In this document: positions 61,537-64,000 of the stretch, piece after piece
Position numbering within the stretch: the first letter of the stretch is position 1
Layout of the letters: each line of letters opens with the position of its first letter
Source of the DNA: Stegostoma tigrinum
Taxonomy: Eukaryota
Assembly: GCF_030684315.1 (NCBI RefSeq)
Contig: NC_081391.1
Coordinates: 13,617,342-13,681,341, forward strand
Direction of reading: 5' to 3'
Length of the DNA: 64,000 nt
The notes under the pieces: model-generated
What the model was told of the DNA's origin: nothing
The model's database searches: none
The model's input: the letters and a program-made list of their open reading frames with translations, nothing else
Translations under genes and position numbers: made by a program

Positions 61537-64000
61537 TGTGGCCTGGAGTACTGTCTGCTTGGTCTGAATGCATTCCCCACTTCACCCTGGACAACCTGTC
61601 TCCTTCCAAGGAGAAGGGACTTGTGTAGCAAAGAATGTAATAGCTGTACCAGCTAAATGGAAATAAATAAAATTATGTATTGATCTTGCTTATTGTCCAT
61701 CATTCAGAGCTCTGAATACTTTGGGTGATAGCTCTTGCTTGAAGCCAGTTCTCTTCTGTAATTTGATTGGTCCAATTTCTAATTGGACTGGGCAACCCTT
61801 CACGGAATCGCTCACTATCCCCACATTAGAATGTAACTAGATGGAGTGTTTTTTTGGTTATTCCTGTGGAAATTGAAGGTGCTTCTCCTCCAAATAGGAT
61901 AAGGTTGGGATTTGTCAATTGTGGCATTGGCTTTCTTCTAGAGGACAATTAGTGCGCTTCTGGATATGGTGGGTTCAACTGTAGCTCAAAGCAATTGTCT
62001 TCCTCTGGTGCCAGGAAGCTCCCACACCGTCCAAAGAGACTTCTCTACCCAGCCTGATAGAATTTGGGATAGTGGTGTTCAATTGCACATTTCCCTTGAA
62101 ATCTCTTCCCCGCCTCAGCCATCCTGCGTACTCAATTATTGCCTGAATGATGACAGCAACAAAAAGTGAAAACAGCCCTTTATCTACTGACCCAGCTGCC
62201 TGATCACCAAGGTCTAAAGGAAGAGGCCCAGCAGGCTCTGATTTCAATCCAGCTGGCGGAAGCAGCAGAGCTGTGAAACAATCTCGATGGCCTGGTATAT
62301 CTCTTTTTTTTTTTCCCCATTGGGCCCTACCCTGACCAAAACACACTATATTCTCAGTATTGTTACTTTTTGGTTTCACCATCCCAAACTGTGGCTGGAG
62401 CTCCTTCTCTTCCGCCTCTTCCCCGCTTCTCTTTCCCCCCGCCCGCAACCCAACCTCTTCTTTCTTTTCTTTCCACGTGCCCCCAGCAGCCTTAACCTTC
62501 ACCACAGCCCCTTCCCCTGGGAGTCAGCTCAAGACATTCACCTGAACTGGACTGGATTATCATGTAGAGCCTCATTGCCGCTTACAGCAGGATAACAGGG
62601 ACCTGGGAATAACACAGCAATGCACCTGGTTAAATGCTGCTGTTTGATTGGCTCTTGTTGCTAAAGCCAGCATTGAGCGCACTAAGCTGCTCCCTTGGTG
62701 AACATTATTCCTGATGCAGGTTGATTGGGTGAAATCACATTGAAGGAGCAAAGTGGCTCGGAGAGGAGACATGGAGATGCTGACTTTCCTTTACGGCTGC
62801 TTCTTTTATCTTTCAAGGTGTCAGAGATCATGGGTTCGTGAGGGGGCTATCAGAGACATCCTGAGGATTGTTCCAGGGAGTTTTGTAGCGAGTGCACACT
62901 GCAGCCTTCATAGAGGTTGGCGGGGGGGGAGGGGTTGCTGCAGAGTCAAAAGGCACTCAACATATTTGTTCCACCACATAAAGCAATTTATTTTCGGTGA
63001 AAAAGTCTGGGCTACAGTAACCCTCAAGTGCAGGAAGGGACCATTAGGCCCATTAAATCTGCATCAACCTTCTGAACAGCATCCTCTTTAGACCCAACCC
63101 CTTTGCCTTAAATCCACATTTCCCACGGCTAATCGACCTAGTCTGCAGGCCCCTGCTCACGATCGACAATCTGCAAATCATTGGGCTGTGTGAGGAAACT
63201 CAAGCACCTGGAGGTAATCCACGCAGGCCATCACCCATGGGTAGAATCGAACCTGGGTCCCTGGCACTGAGCCGCCAAAGCATTCTAAAGTACCAAAGGA
63301 AAGGAATACACTGCGGCAAACTACATCATGGGAATAGACTCTGCAGCCCAGCCCGAACTTGCAGACCAGGTTTTCATAAACTGTGTAGTGCCATTTGCCT
63401 ACATTTGGCCCATCTTTCTCTAAACCGTTCCTTTCCATGTAAATCTCCAAATGTCACTTAAATGTTGTAATTCTATCCACCTCTACCACTTCCTCTAGCA
63501 GCTCGTTCCACACACGCACCACACTATGTGTGAAAATGTTGTCACTCACACCCCTTTTAAATCTTGCCCCTCTCCCCTCAAACCAATGCCCTCTAGTTTT
63601 GGACCCCCCCTACCCTGTCCCAGCATGCTTTTTATATACAGTCAATCTTGAGTGTGCCAATGGCAAGGCTACATTTAGTGCTCAGCAACTCTTACACTTC
63701 AGGAGGTGGTAATGAGCTGCGTATTACAGTCCACCTGGTGTCGGAGAGACCGGAATGATGCTGCTGCTGTTGCTGAGGAGGGGCTTCTGGGATTTTCATT
63801 CACAAACAGGGATATTGTTCCAAGTCAGGATGGTGACAGAGTTACATGGAGCTGCTTGAGTGTCGTTGGTGCTGCCTCCAGCGAGAACATTGTAAACTAT
63901 TCCAGCACTACTCCCAATTTCAGCCTTATTGAGGGTGGGCAGGTTTTGGAAACTCAGGAGTTGAGTACTTCCTGACAGAATTCCCAGCATCTGAATTCCC
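61537..64000 (+). repeat. Spacer duplicated from 26732..~29205 (offset ~34.8 kb), leading toward a further unit beyond the window
   Basis: Collinear and near-identical (e.g. ORF-track peptides at 27162 versus 61966 and 27959 versus 62753). Confidence 0.9.

Overview
Vertebrate genomic DNA, most likely from a cartilaginous fish (inferred from the HE1-like V-SINEs, CR1 LINEs and Penelope element). The window is a head-to-tail tandem array of ~8-9 kb units on the + strand, each carrying one 4-exon ferritin gene (176 aa). It holds the last exon of copy F0, seven further copies (F1-F7) and the upstream part of a further unit. F1, F3, F4 and F5 are intact. F2 and F6 are pseudogenes. F7 has a single 1-nt frameshift. 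The protein keeps Glu27/Tyr34/His65/Glu107 (human H numbering) but has Lys62 and Glu141, the L-chain-type substitutions that disable the ferroxidase centre. No iron-responsive element is visible in the 5' leader. Each copy instead has a conserved promoter (DR1 AGGTCA-A-AGGTCA, inverted CCAAT boxes, TATA). Exons are near-identical between copies while introns are strongly diverged. There is also a ~34.7 kb higher-order duplication, and the introns and spacers contain CR1, L2-type, SINE and Penelope relics.
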